From: Chiloscyllium plagiosum
Taxonomy: Eukaryota
Direction of reading: 5' to 3'
Assembly (NCBI RefSeq): GCF_004010195.1
Contig: NC_057755.1
Span: 2,121,803 to 2,185,802, forward strand
Length of the DNA: 64,000 nt
In this document: positions 1 through 13,069 of the stretch, in pieces
How positions within the stretch are numbered: the first letter of the stretch is position 1
Layout of the letters: every line of letters starts with the position of its first letter
The notes under the pieces: generated by a model
Told to the model about the DNA's origin: nothing
Database searches by the model: none
Seen by the model: only the letters and a program-made list of their open reading frames with translations
Made by a program: the position numbers and the translations under genes

Positions 1-372
1 AAGGGAGAGAGGAGGAGAGCTGGGATTGTTACCGATCTGAATCGGGCAGTGAATACCTGCTAATTAAAACTATTCGTGGCTAAACAATGGTAGTGTGTAA
101 AAACAGATTATGTGACAACAAGGCCTGGTGTGTGGGCTTGGGGACTTGGACATGGAGGAGTTCAGGCCCCAAAATTATTGAACTCGATATTGAGTCCAGG
201 GGCCTGCAGAGTTCCCAAGCAGAAAAGTGGGAGTTTGTTCTTCCAACTTGTGCTGATCTTCACTAGAACACTGCTGCCAGCCTGAGCCAGAGATGTTGGC
301 CAGGGAACAGTGTCGCGTGATAAAATGGAAGGAAACTGGAAGCTCAGCGTCTTTTTGGGGGATATAACGGAG
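1..372 (-). mobile_element. Penelope-like element fragment (C-terminus of GIY-YIG endonuclease ORF plus 3' flank)
   Basis: Overlapping minus frames give ELPVSFHF..CS.ANIS...QCSSEDQHKLEEQ and LFCLGTLQAPGLNIEFNNF, matching the PVAxHFN...RKLEEQxLIFxLGTLxPxGLN tail of vertebrate Penelope-like ORFs. Confidence 0.6.
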
Positions 373-375
373 ATG

Positions 376-3300
376 TCCATAAGACCATAAGACATGGGAG
401 AACAAGGCCATTCGGCCCATCGGATCCACTTTGCGATTTAATCTTGGCTGATGCGCGTTTCAATTCCACTTACCTGCACTCTCCGTAGCCGTTAATTATT
501 TGCGAGACCAAGAATATATCAATCTCTGCCTTGAAGACACCCAATGTCCTGGCCTCCACTGTGCTGTTTGGCAATGAACTCCATACGTTCACCACTCTTT
601 GACTGGAGAAATGTCTCCTCATTTCCGTTCTAAATTGACCCCCTCTAATATTAAGGCTATGCCCACAGGTCCTGGTCTCTGCACCAAACAGAAACAACTT
701 CCCAGCATCCACCCTTTCGAAGCAATGTATTATGCTGTACGTTTCTACTAGATCTTCCATCAAGCTTCTAAACTCTAATGAATACAATCACAGTATCCTC
801 AGCAAATCTTCATATGTTCGGCCTGCCATTCCAGGGATCATTTATGTGAATCTCCAAAAGACACGCTCCAGTGCCAGTATATCCTTCCTGGGGGGTGAGG
901 CCCAGAATTGTACACAGTATTCTAATTGGGGCTTAACCAGAGCTTTATAAAGTCTCAGAAGCACATCGCTGTTCCTATATTCCAACCCTCTTGAGATAAA
1001 TGATAACATTACATTTGCTTTCTTAATCACAGACCCAACCTGCAAGTTAACCTTTAGAGAATCGTGGACTAGCACTCACAGACCCCTTTGTACTTTGGCT
1101 TCATGACTCTTTGCACGATTTTAAAAATAGTTCATGCGAGTATTCTTCTTTTTCCGAAAGTGCAATACAGTGCACTTGTTCACGTTGAATTTCATCAGCC
1201 ATTTTCCTAAACTGTCTAAAACTGTCTGCAGCCTCCCCACTTCCTCAGTACGACCTGCCTGTCCACTTAACTTTGTATCATCGACGAACTTTGCCAGAAT
1301 GTCCCCAGACCCTTCATCCCGATCAATTATATATAAAGTGAATAGCTGCAGCCCCAACACTAAACCCTGCCGCACACCACATTTCACCAGCTGCCATTTC
1401 GAAAAAGAACCGTTTATCCAAACTCTCTGCCTTCTGTCAGACAGCCAATACCCAATACAAGCCAATAGTTCACCTTGAACACCTTGGGCCCTCACCTTAC
1501 TCAGCTGCCTCCTGTGAAGCACTTAATCAAAGGCCTTTTGAAAGTCTAGATATATAATATCCACTGGGTTTCCCTTTTCTAACCTACTTGTTACGTCTTC
1601 AAATAATTCCAACAGGGTTGTCAGGCATGGCCTCCCCTTACTAAATCCATGCTGACTTGTTTTAATCTGGCACTGCACTTCCAAGAATTTAGAAATCTCA
1701 TCTTTAACGATGGGTTCTAGAATTTTACCAACAACCAACGTTAGGCTAATTAGCCTATAATTTTCCATCCTTTGCCTTGATCCTTTCTTGAACAAGGGGG
1801 TAACAACGGTTATTTTCAAATCGTCTGGTACTTTCCCTGACTCCAGTGATTTTTCAAAGATCTCAGTGAACACCTCTTCTATTTCCTTAGCCATCCTTCT
1901 CAGAATTCTAGAATGTAGCCCATTGGGGCCAGGAGATAACGATTTTTAGACCTTTTAGCTTTTCTGGCACTTCCTCTTTTGTCATGGCTGACATACCCAA
2001 ATCTGTCCCCTGACTCGTGTAATTGTTGGAATATTACTCATGTCTTCCACTGTGAAGACTGACACATAGTATTTATTAAGCACTTCAGCTATTTCCTTAT
2101 CTCCCATCACTAGCCTCCCTGCATCAATTTGGAGTGGACTAATTTCTACTTTTGCCTCTTGTTTATTTCTTATGTATTGCAAAACATTTACTATCATTTC
2201 TAATATTATTGGCTAGTTTACCTTCATATTTGATCATCTCCTTCCTTATTTCTCTCTTTGTTATCCTCTGTTTGTTTTTGTAGACTTCCCAGTCTTCTGA
2301 TTTCAAAGTGATAATGGCCACTTTATAGGTTCTCTCTTTTCTTTGATACATTTCCTGACTTCCTTTGTCAACCATGGTTGTCTAATTCCCCCTCCTCCAC
2401 CCCCGGGTATTCTTTCTTTTCTTTGAGATAAATCTCTGCACTGTGTCCTCAATTACACCCATCAACTCATGGCATTGTTCTAAAGTCTTCCCCACTAGGC
2501 TCTTCCAGTCAAATTTAATCAGTTCCTCTCTCATACCCCTGTGATTATCTTTATTTAACTGTAACGCCATTAAATCCGATTTTACCTTCGCTCTTTCAAG
2601 CTCTCTTTCTCCCATATTATGATCACTGCCTCCTAAGTGTTCCCTTACATTAGGATATTTCATAAAGTCTGGCTCATTACATAAGCGCTAGCCTGCTCCC
2701 TTGTGGGCTACATCAAAAGCTGTTCCAAAAAGCTATCTTGTAAGCATTCCATGAATTATTTTTCTTGGGACCCACTAGCATCATTATTCATCCAGTCCAT
2801 TTGCATGTTGAAGTCCCCAATGATAACCATGACCTTGCCTTTCTGACATGCCCTATCTATTTCCAAGTACATCTTGCGCTGCTGGTCCTGACCACTTCTG
2901 GGAGGTGTATGCATAACTCCCATTTTGGTTTTCTTGCCTTTATGGTTCCCCAACTCCACCCACACAGGCTCCACAGTATCTGACACTATGTCATTCAGTA
3001 ACATTGATTTAATTTCATTCGTGGTTAGAGTGGTGCTGGAAAAGCACAGCAGTTCAGGCAGCATCCGAGGAGCAGTAACATCGACGTTTCGGGCGAAAGC
3101 CCTGCATCAGAAATACGGCTCCTCGGATGCTGCCTAAACTGCTGTACTTTTCCAGCACTACTCAAATCCAGAATCTGGTTTCCAGCATCTGCAGTCATTG
3201 TTTTTACCTATTTAGTTTAATTCTTCAGTAGAAAGGCAACCCCACCCCCTCTGCCCGCCTCCCTGTCTTTTCAATAAGTTGTAAATCCTTGGATGCTTAA

Positions 3301-3385
3301 CTGCCAGTCCTGAACCCCATGTGACCACATATCTGTGACGCCTACGACATCATAGCCATTCACGATTATTTGTGCTGTTAATTCA
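376..3385 (-). mobile_element. CR1-clade LINE, decayed ORF2 (APE endonuclease and RT) with 3' tail
   Basis: Minus frames show GDFNM, SDHN, PLFKKG..ENYR.ISLT, YLDFQKAFD, GVRQGLVLG, KFVDDTKL and LEYCVQFWAS. Tail repeat (CATAAGAC)n at about 378-395. Many stops and frameshifts. Confidence 0.92.
3021..3209. mobile_element. Penelope-derived short element with inverted arms and degenerate hammerhead core, inserted in CR1
   Basis: Arm GTGCTGGAAAAGCACAGCAGTTCAGGCAGCATCCGAGGAGC and its reverse complement. Ends in CAGTCATTGTTTTTACCT. Imperfect TSD ATTTAATTTCATTC (3007-3020) / ATTTAGTTTAATTC (3210-3223). Confidence 0.75.
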
Positions 3386-3419
3386 TCTATTTTGTTTTAA
3401 ATAGTGGGAGCAATTGGGT

Positions 3420-3720
3420 AAATAGAGTAGAAAGGGAAAAGAAACAGAAAGAAACAAATTGAGAGGAAAAGATGAAAGAAAGCAAGAGAGTTGGAAAGAA
3501 CACAGACAAAGGGAGGAAGAATAGATAAGAGTAAAAGACAAAAGGGGAGGCTGTCAGTAAGAGAGAGAATAGAGAGCTGGAGAGGGGGAGGGAGGAGAGA
3601 GAGAGGTAGAAATTAAGAGAGACAGAGTCAGAGTTAGAGAGAGTGAGTGAGAGAGAAGAGGAAATATCATACAAAGTACAAAGATGAGTTAAGGAAAGAC
3701 ATGGTGAAAGTAAAGGCGTG
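3420..3720. repeat. GA-rich low-complexity tract
   Basis: Almost purely purine, degenerate (GA)n. Confidence 0.75.
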
Positions 3721-4286
3721 CTACTCCCTATTCCGGTGAGTCCAAGCACTCTCGATGGTCTCTCACATTCCTTCCCTCCCATTCGAGCCAGACCATACTC
3801 CAGGAGTTTGCTTTAGGAGGGGCTGGTTCAGTGAGGGGGTTGAGGTTAAAGAAACAAAACTGGGATTGAGATTCAAACGCTCCCCCACTCTCACACACAG
3901 AGAGACAGAACCACACAGATAGTCACTCCCAGCTCAGTGCACATGGTGAAAGGGACAGTGGCTGCCAGAAGCTGTTAGAAATACCCCCAAGTCTGTCACT
4001 CAAAGATGTCCTCTCCACGCAAGTCCCAATTCACTCAGTCAGCTCCCAGCTTCTCCACCGGAGGGACAACCCAGCGATGAAGCACGGCCAGAGTAATCAC
4101 CATGAGATTAGAAAGGCAGGAAGGGAGGGAGGAAGCGTGAGAGAAACAGCAGGTGAATAAATTCATTCAGACTTCCTCTGTCTCCTTCTAGCTTACAGTT
4201 TATTGTCTCGTAATGAAAGCCGTACATGTTCTCAAACAGATCAAATTCCTTTATCTTCCCTATCGATCAATGTAAAAATCATAACT

Positions 4287-4360
4287 TGCCATTGCCGGGA
4301 ATCAAAGCCAGGTCACCTGATTGGAAGACAGCTGTACTCACCACGTTAGTACCATCACTG
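4287..4360 (-). pseudogene. tRNA-Gly(TCC) pseudogene
   Basis: Minus strand GTGATGGTACTAACGTGGTGAGTACAGCTGTCTTCCAATCAGGTGACCTGGCTTTGATTCCCGGCAATGGCA aligns with vertebrate tRNA-Gly-TCC. The B box is mutated and stems are broken. A T5 run follows on the minus strand (4274-4278), and there is no CCA. Confidence 0.7.
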
Positions 4361-5166
4361 TCCGCTTTAAGTCAACATAATCCCCAAACACATTTAAAAA
4401 CGACCTTTATCATGACAAATCAAATGGAGCTGATGTTGACCCAGCAAAGGTGATGTTAGGTCAGTTGACAGTAACTTACATAAAGAGACAGATTTGAAGG
4501 AGCATCTTAAATCGGAGGGGGATCTGGGTCATCAGAAGGTGCAGACAGTGTGTCCAGGAATCCCTCTGGTTGGGCTTGAATTCCCCTCCAACCCATCGGC
4601 TGGTTCATCAGCTGGAAGGGATAAAGAAATGGATTCATACCAGCAAAATGGACGAAAAAATATTATTGCTCAAAATAAATTTTTAAGCAGAAGACAGAAT
4701 ATTGACAGGATATTATTTATAGAATAAATATTATCCTGTAAATAAAACTTTACCAAGATGTGGAGACCTAAGAATTCAGTGATGAAAAGCGGACAGGATC
4801 CAGTCACTGCATTTCCCACTCTGGCCTGCAGTGAACAATGATCCTTTCCCCCAGGTCATTTATGTTTGTATCTTGTTCACTCACTGAGAAGTGATTGTTT
4901 GGCATGATTGTATCTTTTGTGCATATCCAATTCCTCATTCGGTTTTGCTTTTGTTATTCAGCCTTGTCATCACTGTTGCTTCTTGCTAACAACACTTTAC
5001 ACTGGCTTTGTTCGTGCAGTCTCTTTCACACTGTTCCTCATATGGAGTCATTCCTTGCCCATTTGAAAATCTGTGTTGTCATGTTGGTATTCCTCATTCT
5101 CCTTCCGACCAAGCCTCTCCTGGACTCTTCATTCCATTATTTGCTGCAGCTAGTGTTGGCTCTCAG

Positions 5167-8147
5167 TTACTTGGATTCATTCACCAATTGAGCTATTTTT
5201 ATAACTGGATACTTCACTGCATACTTTAACTGGTTTCTGAATTTTTTTCTGTGTCACCACAAAAANNNNNNNNNNNNNNNNNNNNNNNNNNNNNNNNNNN
5301 NNNNNNNNNNNNNNNNNNNNNNNNNNNNNNNNNNNNNNNNNNNNNNNNNNNNNNNNNNNNNNNNNNNNNNNNNNNNNNNNNNNNNNNNNNNNNNNNNNNN
5401 NNNNNNNNNNNNNNNNNNNNNNNNNNNNNNNNNNNNNNNNNNNNNNNNNNNNNNNNNNNNNNNNNNNNNNNNNNNNNNNNNNNNNNNNNNNNNNNNNNNN
5501 NNNNNNNNNNNNNNNNNNNNNNNNNNNNNNNNNNNNNNNNNNNNNNNNNNNNNNNNNNNNNNNNNNNNNNNNNNNNNNNNNNNNNNNNNNNNNNNNNNNN
5601 NNNNNNNNNNNNNNNNNNNNNNNNNNNNNNNNNNNNNNNNNNNNNAGAAATATAAAATATACATCAATCAGAGAAGTATGAAGCTGGCAGATATGGCAAA
5701 GAGTAAAATCACACATTTCTTTCTGCACTCTATTTCTGGGTCATCCTCTACTTTTCCCTGAGCCCTGAGTCCCTGACGCACCTTATTGGCCTCAAAGACG
5801 TGTCTGACAGTCAGAACGTTGATAAAAAGTATAAAAATGAATGGGAAAAGTGGTGTTAAAAATTGCTCAAAATATTTAAAATTTGCCCACCGGCGGTCAG
5901 AATAGTAACTTCTGCTGGTATAACTGTACCCTGAAATAGTATTGCTGATCTTTCCAGGTTTAAACAGAACGTAGTTGGGAATGTTCTTTAAAGAAAAGAA
6001 AAGAAAATGCAGATTGTTGCGAGAACCCTCATTGCAGTTTCGCTGTACAGTACTGAGATTTCATCTGATGAAAACAAATGGCAACAAATCGATCAAAAGT
6101 TAAAACAGCAGTGAAGCATACAGAACAATCAATGGTCACGCGAACCATGAAAAAGATAACACGACAAACAGGAGTGATGTCCAGGCAATACCGTGGATAA
6201 TAATAGCTCGGAAATCGACGAAGTAGGACGTAAAAAGACAATGAACAGTAGATCAGATACTGCCATGACCACCAGATAGCAGGTGCCGCATGTCGAAAGA
6301 CCACATTTGCCCCGAGCTAGGTTTGTAATCACCACAAGATCAACTGTTTGCGAGAAAAGGGAAAAGAAAAGAGAATTGAAGTCATTAATCAAACATTTTC
6401 CTGAGCTGCGGTTGTATGTAATGGCACAAAGATAATTGTTGTTTCATGTCATATGAGGTTTAACAAATCTGAACCACAGCAATAAATTCTATAAATGAAT
6501 CATTTTCACTTATAAAAGACAGCGGGATTATCATGTGCAAGGAGTTCTCACAGAAACATATTCATTAACTCAATTGTTTTGGTGGGAATCGGCAGAGGTT
6601 GATTTTACCTGTTTTATAGGTCACTCAGACTTCCCAAAAGACCACTGCATCCACAGAAAGATACTTGAGATGAATAAAACCAAGAACGGGAGAAACTTAA
6701 CACGGACATTGTTTGCAATATTTCTGTATTAGATTTTGGAGCCTCCACAACTCAGATTGATTCAATCATTGAAAATCCACACCTTATAAAAGACACATTG
6801 AGTCACTCCACAACGTACAGGAATGGAGGAACAAATAATCGCGAAAGTCCCTCTCTCGTGTGCAGCATTTGACATCCTGACATTCTGAACTATGAAGGTT
6901 TTCAGCAGTGAATCCAATCACTGGTTACAGAGAATCCAGTGAATCCAATCACCATGTCCATGGTTGGATTCCTACCGCAATCACATGTACTTCAACATTT
7001 GTCACAGACTCTCCCACCTGTCCAAGACTGTACACCACAGCTCACACCGAAATAAAAGCTAAATCCATGCAACATTGAATCCCCATACTTTACCCAGTAA
7101 CTCTCCATGGAGATCCCAGGAATTGTGCCACAGTTTGACATCAGAGGGTAATAAATACAAATCTAAATTGATAGCCAAATTCAAAATATCAATCCCAAAC
7201 AAAGGCACTTAGGAACACCTTCACATGAATCATTATCGTTCAGGGAACATCAAATGATAACAGCAACAAAGGGCAAGGTGGGAAACACCCTGTTGGACAA
7301 AGTCGTTTGATCCTCTGTGTGAGAGCTGCTGCCACAACATTCTAGATCTGAGTGTTTGTCCAATTTGTCTCTGCACCATTGTAGTGTGCATCATTTTACA
7401 AATGGCACAGCACATAATGTCTTTTTGACAATCAAATAATTCAACAAGATGTATCATAATTGGAGCCCTGTGCTCAACACCCCTCCCAATTATCTGTCCT
7501 TAAAATTATCATGTGCTCACACATCCACTTAATCACAAAACACACAAAATCGTTGATATCATTCAGCTGACCATCACTTATCACCTCATAACAACCTGCC
7601 AGCCCACTCATTGCCCATCTGATGTATATGGGCTCCCATTTGGAGCGAGCTGTCTGATCAAGACCCGCCAACACAATCCCTTCACATCAAGGAATGGGAA
7701 ACACCAGGTATCACTAAGAGGGAAGTTGTTACAAACCCATCTGACCAATAGCAGGCTTTAAACTCCCACAGAGAGAGAGAGAGTAGTTGTGTTGAACACA
7801 TTCTACACCAGCCAGGGTCGGTGGCCAGCCAAACCCCATCAGTGGGGCCTCAGGACAAACCCATCCTGTATACAGTGTTGAGAAACAGACAATGCTGCAC
7901 ACTGCTGAGGAGTCTCCTCACTGACAAACTGTTCATTTTGAACTCAGTAAGTGTGGACACGATCATATGCAAGTCGGTATTTGTCTTGCTGAATGGAAAA
8001 AAAAAATCATCTGTCATACGTTGGAGATAGTTATGATTCAATGCAGAGCTTTATCCAAGTTGAGCTGTTCCAGGACTTACCAGGAATACCAACAATGGTG
8101 AGGATGGTGTCGTACACTTTTGAGACCCTTTCCCTGAGAAGATGCAT
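5167..8147 (-). pseudogene. Two-exon GPR139/GPR142-like class A GPCR pseudogene, copy 1 (exon 1 8147-8081, exon 2 6343-5167)
   Basis: Exon 1 (67 nt) encodes MHLLRERVSKVYDTILTIVGIP followed by a GTAAGT donor. CAG acceptor at 6346-6344. Exon 2 gives VDLVVITNLARGKCGLS..YLVVMAVSDLL, TFDRFVAIC, LTPLFPF, and VVTQKK..AVKYPV..ESK*. Frameshifts near 6235 and 6040 and a premature TGA at 5670-5668. Part of it falls in an N gap. Confidence 0.88.
5266..5645. other. Assembly gap (N run)
   Basis: Run of N. Confidence 1.
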
Positions 8148-8238
8148 TTTGTCAAATAACCTATCCCTTCCCGCTGCTGGAAGTCTGTCGGAATTGGGGA
8201 ATTATCTCAGAGTTGGATATGAGACGGTTTGTGAGACA

Positions 8239-8245
8239 TTATATA
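8239..8245 (-). promoter_or_regulatory. Candidate TATA box of GPCR copy 1
   Basis: TATATAA about 95 nt upstream of the ATG, at the same position as TATAAAA in copy 2. Confidence 0.45.
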
Positions 8246-8769
8246 TATTGTCTGCTGAAATCTCTACTAGGAAACTGTAACTACCCCCTCAATTCTTTTT
8301 CATCATTTTGAACGAACAAGTTACGCCAAAGGATTTATTTTAATGATTGAGGTACAAGACCATGCTTGAATACCCCAAAGACCAAATTAGTCTCATCTTA
8401 TTAAGTTTCGAATGTAGATTGCCACTTTGCTTCAAACAACAATATTTCCATTATTTCACATCAATATCGAACTATATTTTGATATTCTTTGCAGTGATGA
8501 CCTTCATTTTGCTGAATTTGTTCAGCCATTCAATACATCATGTTGTACAGCGCTTTGAGAGCTGTTGGACTTCACACTGTTATAGCGCTGTTTTTCTTGT
8601 TAATTTAGTTTTACAAGTCATTTGGAAATCTTATCTGTGAGTGAACACTCTGGTACAGAGCCTGGAGCTGATATTGACCAGAACAACAGCTGGAATTTAT
8701 GCTCAGTATTATTTTGCTCAAAGCAAATACAAAAAAAAGAAACTCATTCAGAACCTTAACTTCAGAATT

Positions 8770-10090
8770 GTAGAACAACAGGATCACACAGAATGGAAGA
8801 ACCCCTTTGGCCCATCATGCCAAAACTACAATAAATCAACGTCAGTCCCACTTTCCAGCACGTGGCCCATATTATTGAATGTTATACCATTTCAAAAGTG
8901 CATCAAAGTTATTTTTACATGTTGTGAGTTTTCCCATCACAACTCACCTCCCCTCCATGGCCGGACCCTAACATCCTCTCCGGGAGAAGAATTTTCCTTA
9001 TGTCCCCTTGAAACCTCCTGCCTTTCATTTGAAAATGAAACCACATTGTTATTGACCCTTCGACTGAGGGGAAACAGCAGCACTGTTTGAGCTTCCTCGT
9101 GTCCTGCCATTCACGGAGTACTGTCTTGTCTTGTTTACTCTGGCAAAGTGCATCACCTCACATTTATCAGGATTGTATTTCACCTGCCGCTGATCTGACC
9201 CATCTGTCAACTTCTATCTGTAACCAAGGACCATTTTCCTCACATCCTACCACATGGACAATATTTGTGACATCCATAAATGTACGTACCACCCCCCAAT
9301 CAGCCTCCCTGTTCACCCATGCATGCACACACACACTCATCGATATAATTTATGAAAATAATAAAAAAAAAGCCCAGCACTGATCCCTGTGACATCCCAC
9401 TGGACACCAGTCTCCAATTACACAAACAGTCGCCAATTACATAAACAGCCTCCAATTACACAAACAACCACCAATTACACAACAGCCCCCAATTACACAA
9501 ACAGCCTCCAACTATACAAACAGCCCCAAATTACAAAAACAGCCTATCACCAAGCCCCATGCCGCTCCTAACTGAGCCAATTTGCCAAATTACTCTGGAT
9601 GTCATGTGCTTTTACTTTTTGTTTTCAATCTCGCATGTGGGGCTTGTCAAAGGCTTTGCTGGAATCCATATAAAAATCAATTACCCTACCCTCATCTACA
9701 GACTTGGTCATCTCCTCGTAAGTCTAATAAATCTGTGCTGACTGTACATGATCATGCTTTGCCTCTCTAAATGGAGATTAATTCTGTTCTTCGGAATTGT
9801 CTCCAATATTTTCCTTAAGACTGGTGTGAGACTCACTTGTCTGGTATTCGTCGTCTATCTCTACCATCCTTCATGACAAATGGAAAGACATCAGCTGCCG
9901 TCCAGTCCTCAGGTATCTCCCCTGTGGCCCGAGACGAATTAAAGGTTTGGGTAAGATTCCCTGCACCTTCTTCCCTCGTCTCCTTGGTTGCAACTCCTCC
10001 GGACCTCAGCATTTGACCACTTTTCAGCTCCCTAAACCTAGAATTGCTGCTCACATCGCACATGAATCGGCTGAAGACAGACTGTGATTG
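8770..10090 (-). mobile_element. Old CR1 LINE fragment shared with the paralogous arm
   Basis: ATGEIPEDW..ADVFP motif and a CR1 3' end at about 8770. Same junction and same internal (CA)n as the CR1 at 54945-56450. Confidence 0.75.
9411..9543. repeat. 19-bp minisatellite (CCTCCAATTACACAAACAG), about 7 copies
   Basis: Direct tandem copies inside the CR1 fragment. Confidence 0.9.
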
Positions 10091-10827
10091 AGGCTTTTGA
10101 CATTTTTCCTTCTCAATGCTGTTCCTATCTGTAGGAGACAATGTCTTTCCGGAACCTTTGTTTTCGAATTCAAATTTTTCACACAAATACATTCCAAAGT
10201 CCTTCCAGACCATTTTATGCAGACAGAGTGTTTTATTGCGTGGAGCTGCAGAGAGTGGGAGAGGTACTAAATGAGTATTTTGCATCAGTATTTACTGTGA
10301 AAAAGGATGTGGAAGATACAGACTGTAGGGAAATAGATGGTGATATCTTGTAAAATGTCCAGATTACTGAGAAGGAAGTGCTGGACGTCTTGAAATGGGT
10401 AAAAGTGGATACATCCCCAGGACCTGATCAGGTGTGCACGATAACTCTGTGGGAAGCTATAGAAGTGATTGCTGGGCCTCTTGCTGAAATATTTGGATCT
10501 TCAATAGTCACAGGTGAGGTGCCAGAAGACTGGAGGTTTGCAAACGTGGTGCCACTGTTTAAGAAGTGTGGTTAGGACAAGTCAGGGATCTATAAACCAG
10601 TGAGCCTGACCTCAGTGGTGGACAAGTTGTTGGAGGCAATCCTGAGGAACAGGATTTACATGTATTTGAAAAGGAAAGGGATGATTAGGGATAATAAACT
10701 TGGCTTTGTGCGTAGGAAATCATTTATCTCAAACTTGATTGAGTTTATTGAAGAAGTAACAATGAGGATTGATGAGTGCAGATCAGTAGGTGTGATCTAT
10801 ATGGACTTCAGTAAGACGTTCGACAAG

Positions 10828-10984
10828 TTTCTACATTAGAGTAGTGCTGCAAAAGCACAGCAGTTCAGGCAGCATCCGAGGAACAGTACAACCGACGTTT
10901 CGGGCAAAAGCCCTTCATCAGGAATACAGCTCCACTCTAATCTAGACTCTAGTTTCCAGCATCTGCAGTCATTGTTTTTACCTA
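10828..10984. mobile_element. Penelope-derived short element inserted in CR1
   Basis: Flanked by TSD GTTCGACAAG (10818-10827 and 10985-10994). Same arm and 3' end (CAGTCATTGTTTTTACCT) as the 3021 and 26434 copies. Confidence 0.8.
10894..10921 (-). ncRNA. Minimal hammerhead ribozyme core
   Basis: Minus strand CUGAUGA-A-GGGC-UUUU-GCCC-GAAAC-GUC contains the conserved core boxes, a 4-bp stem II and a GUC cleavage triplet. Confidence 0.65.
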
Positions 10985-12599
10985 GTTCGACAAGGTTCCC
11001 CATGGGAGACTGATTATCAATGTTAGATCTCATGGAATACAGGGAGAACTAGCCATTTTGATATGGAACTGGCTCAAAGGTAGAAACCAGAGGGTGATGG
11101 TGGAGGGTTGTTTTTCAGACTGGAGGCCTGTGACCAGTGGAGTGCCACAGGGAACGGTGCAGGGTCTCTACGTTTTGTCATTTACATAAATGATTTGGAT
11201 GCGAGTATAAGAGGTACAGTTAGTAAGTTTGCAGGTTACACCAAAATTGGAAGTTTAGTGGACAGCGAAGGGGGTTACCTCAGATTACAACAGGATCTGG
11301 ATCAGATGGGTCAATGGGCTGAAAAGTGGCAGTTGGAGCTTAATTCAGATAAATGCAAGTGCTGCATTTTTGGAAAGCAAATCTTAGCAGGACATATACA
11401 CTTAATGGTAAGGTCCTAGGGAGTGTTGCTGAACAAAGAGACCTTGGAGTGCAGGGTTCATTGTTCCTTGAATGTGGAGTCACAGGTAGACAGGATAGTG
11501 AAGAATGCGTTCGGTATGCTTTCTTTGATTAGTCACAGTATTGAGTACAGGAGTTGGGAGATCATGTCGCGGCTGTACAGGACATTGGTTAGGCCATTGT
11601 TGGAATAATGCGTGCAATTCTGGTCTTCTCCCCATCCAAAAGATGTTGTGAAACTCGAAAGGGTTCAGAAAAGATGTACAAGGATGTTGCCAGGCTTGGA
11701 GGATTTGAGCTATAGGGAGAGGCTGAACAGGTGGGGCTGTTTTCCTTGGAGCGTTGGAAGATGAGGGGTGACCTTATAGAGGTTTACAAAATTATAAGGG
11801 GCATGGATAGGGTAAAAAAAAACAAAGTCTTTTCCCAGAGGTCGGGGAGTCCAGAACTAGAGAGCATTGGTTTATGGTGAGGGGGAAAGATCTCAAAGAG
11901 ACTTAGGGAGCAAGTGTTTCACATAAAGGATGGGATGGGTATGGAATAATCTGCCAGAAGAAGTGGTGGAGGCTGGTACAATTGCAACAATTAAGAGGCA
12001 TTTGGATGGGTATATTAATAGGAAGGATTTGGAGGGATATGGGCCAGGTGCTGGAAGGTGGGATGGATTGGATTGGGATACTGGTCGGCATTGACGGATT
12101 GGACTGAAGGGCCTTTTTTCATGCTATCCATCTCTGATTCTATGACTCGAAAAAAAAAACATTATGCAAAAAACGATCTTAGGTATTTTATACAGGCACA
12201 TGTACAGATGTGTGCTCACCCACACAAACACACACACACACCTTTTCCAGTTATTACCTATATTTGCATGGGAAAACAATTACCTTGGCTCATCCATAGT
12301 TCCTTCAACCTTGCCACTGACCAAATACACGAACCCATCTCGATCAGAAGCAACCTGATGGCGTCATCATTGTTCACAATGAATTCAAGTTAATGTAGTT
12401 GACAGGCCTAAGTGTCTGCATTCCTCTTATCGAAAGGCCAAATCGAGAAAAAATAATATTACACTCGATGATAAATTACAACATTTAAACCTGTGCTTTG
12501 TATTTGGAAAAGGTGTATCAAATTGGCTGCTAAATCAGCCAGGAATCCAGCCTGTCGAATTGGCTCATATTCAGATACTTCCAAAGTATTATGTGTCAT

Positions 12600-12880
12600 T
12601 TCTCACTCTGTCTGTCTCTATTTCTCTCTCACTCCCTATTGTTCTTCCCCCTCACTGCAGCCTCTCCGTTTGTCTCTCTCCTCCTCTGTGGTAGTGCCTA
12701 TATTCCTTTCTGCTATTCTCTCTTCTTCTCTCTCACTCTCTTTTGCTCTCTCTCTTAGTGGAAGCCTCTCAATTTTCCTCTCCCTCTTTCCATTTCTCAT
12801 TTTCTTCTCTCTCTCTCTTTGCTCTCCCTCTCTGTATCTCTCTATGCGCTTGTTCTCCCTCAACGCGCCCTCTTCACCTC
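12600..12880. repeat. CT-rich low-complexity tract
   Basis: Degenerate (CT)n. Confidence 0.7.
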
Positions 12881-13069
12881 CCCACGCGCTTGCCAGTTCA
12901 GCCTGGAAACGTCCTGGATCCCCCCATTTAAACATAAACCACCCCTCAATTTTATTGCCCACAAAAATTTGTACGTTAAACTCTCCCAAATCCAATTTGA
13001 GTCCCTCATGTATTGCTCTACCAGATCTGCGATCCATATGATTTATGACCCTCAGGTGTACGAAAATAG

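Larger units (their letters stand above)
10250..12150 (+). mobile_element. CR1 LINE, 5'-truncated, decayed RT and 3' UTR
   Basis: SPGPD, VPEDWRFANVVPLFKK, IYMDFSKTFDK, IYINDLD..SKFA.YTKI, LYRTLVRPLLE. Tail TCTATGATTCTATG-like near 12130-12147. Confidence 0.92.

Noticed and set aside
3728..3830. Weak resemblance to reverse-complement 5S rRNA
   Set aside because: Only scattered short matches and no alignable internal control region.
12493..13041. Hydrophobic Ser/Leu-rich or Arg/Glu-rich ORFs (also 3387-3782)
   Set aside because: They are translations of CT/GA low-complexity DNA.
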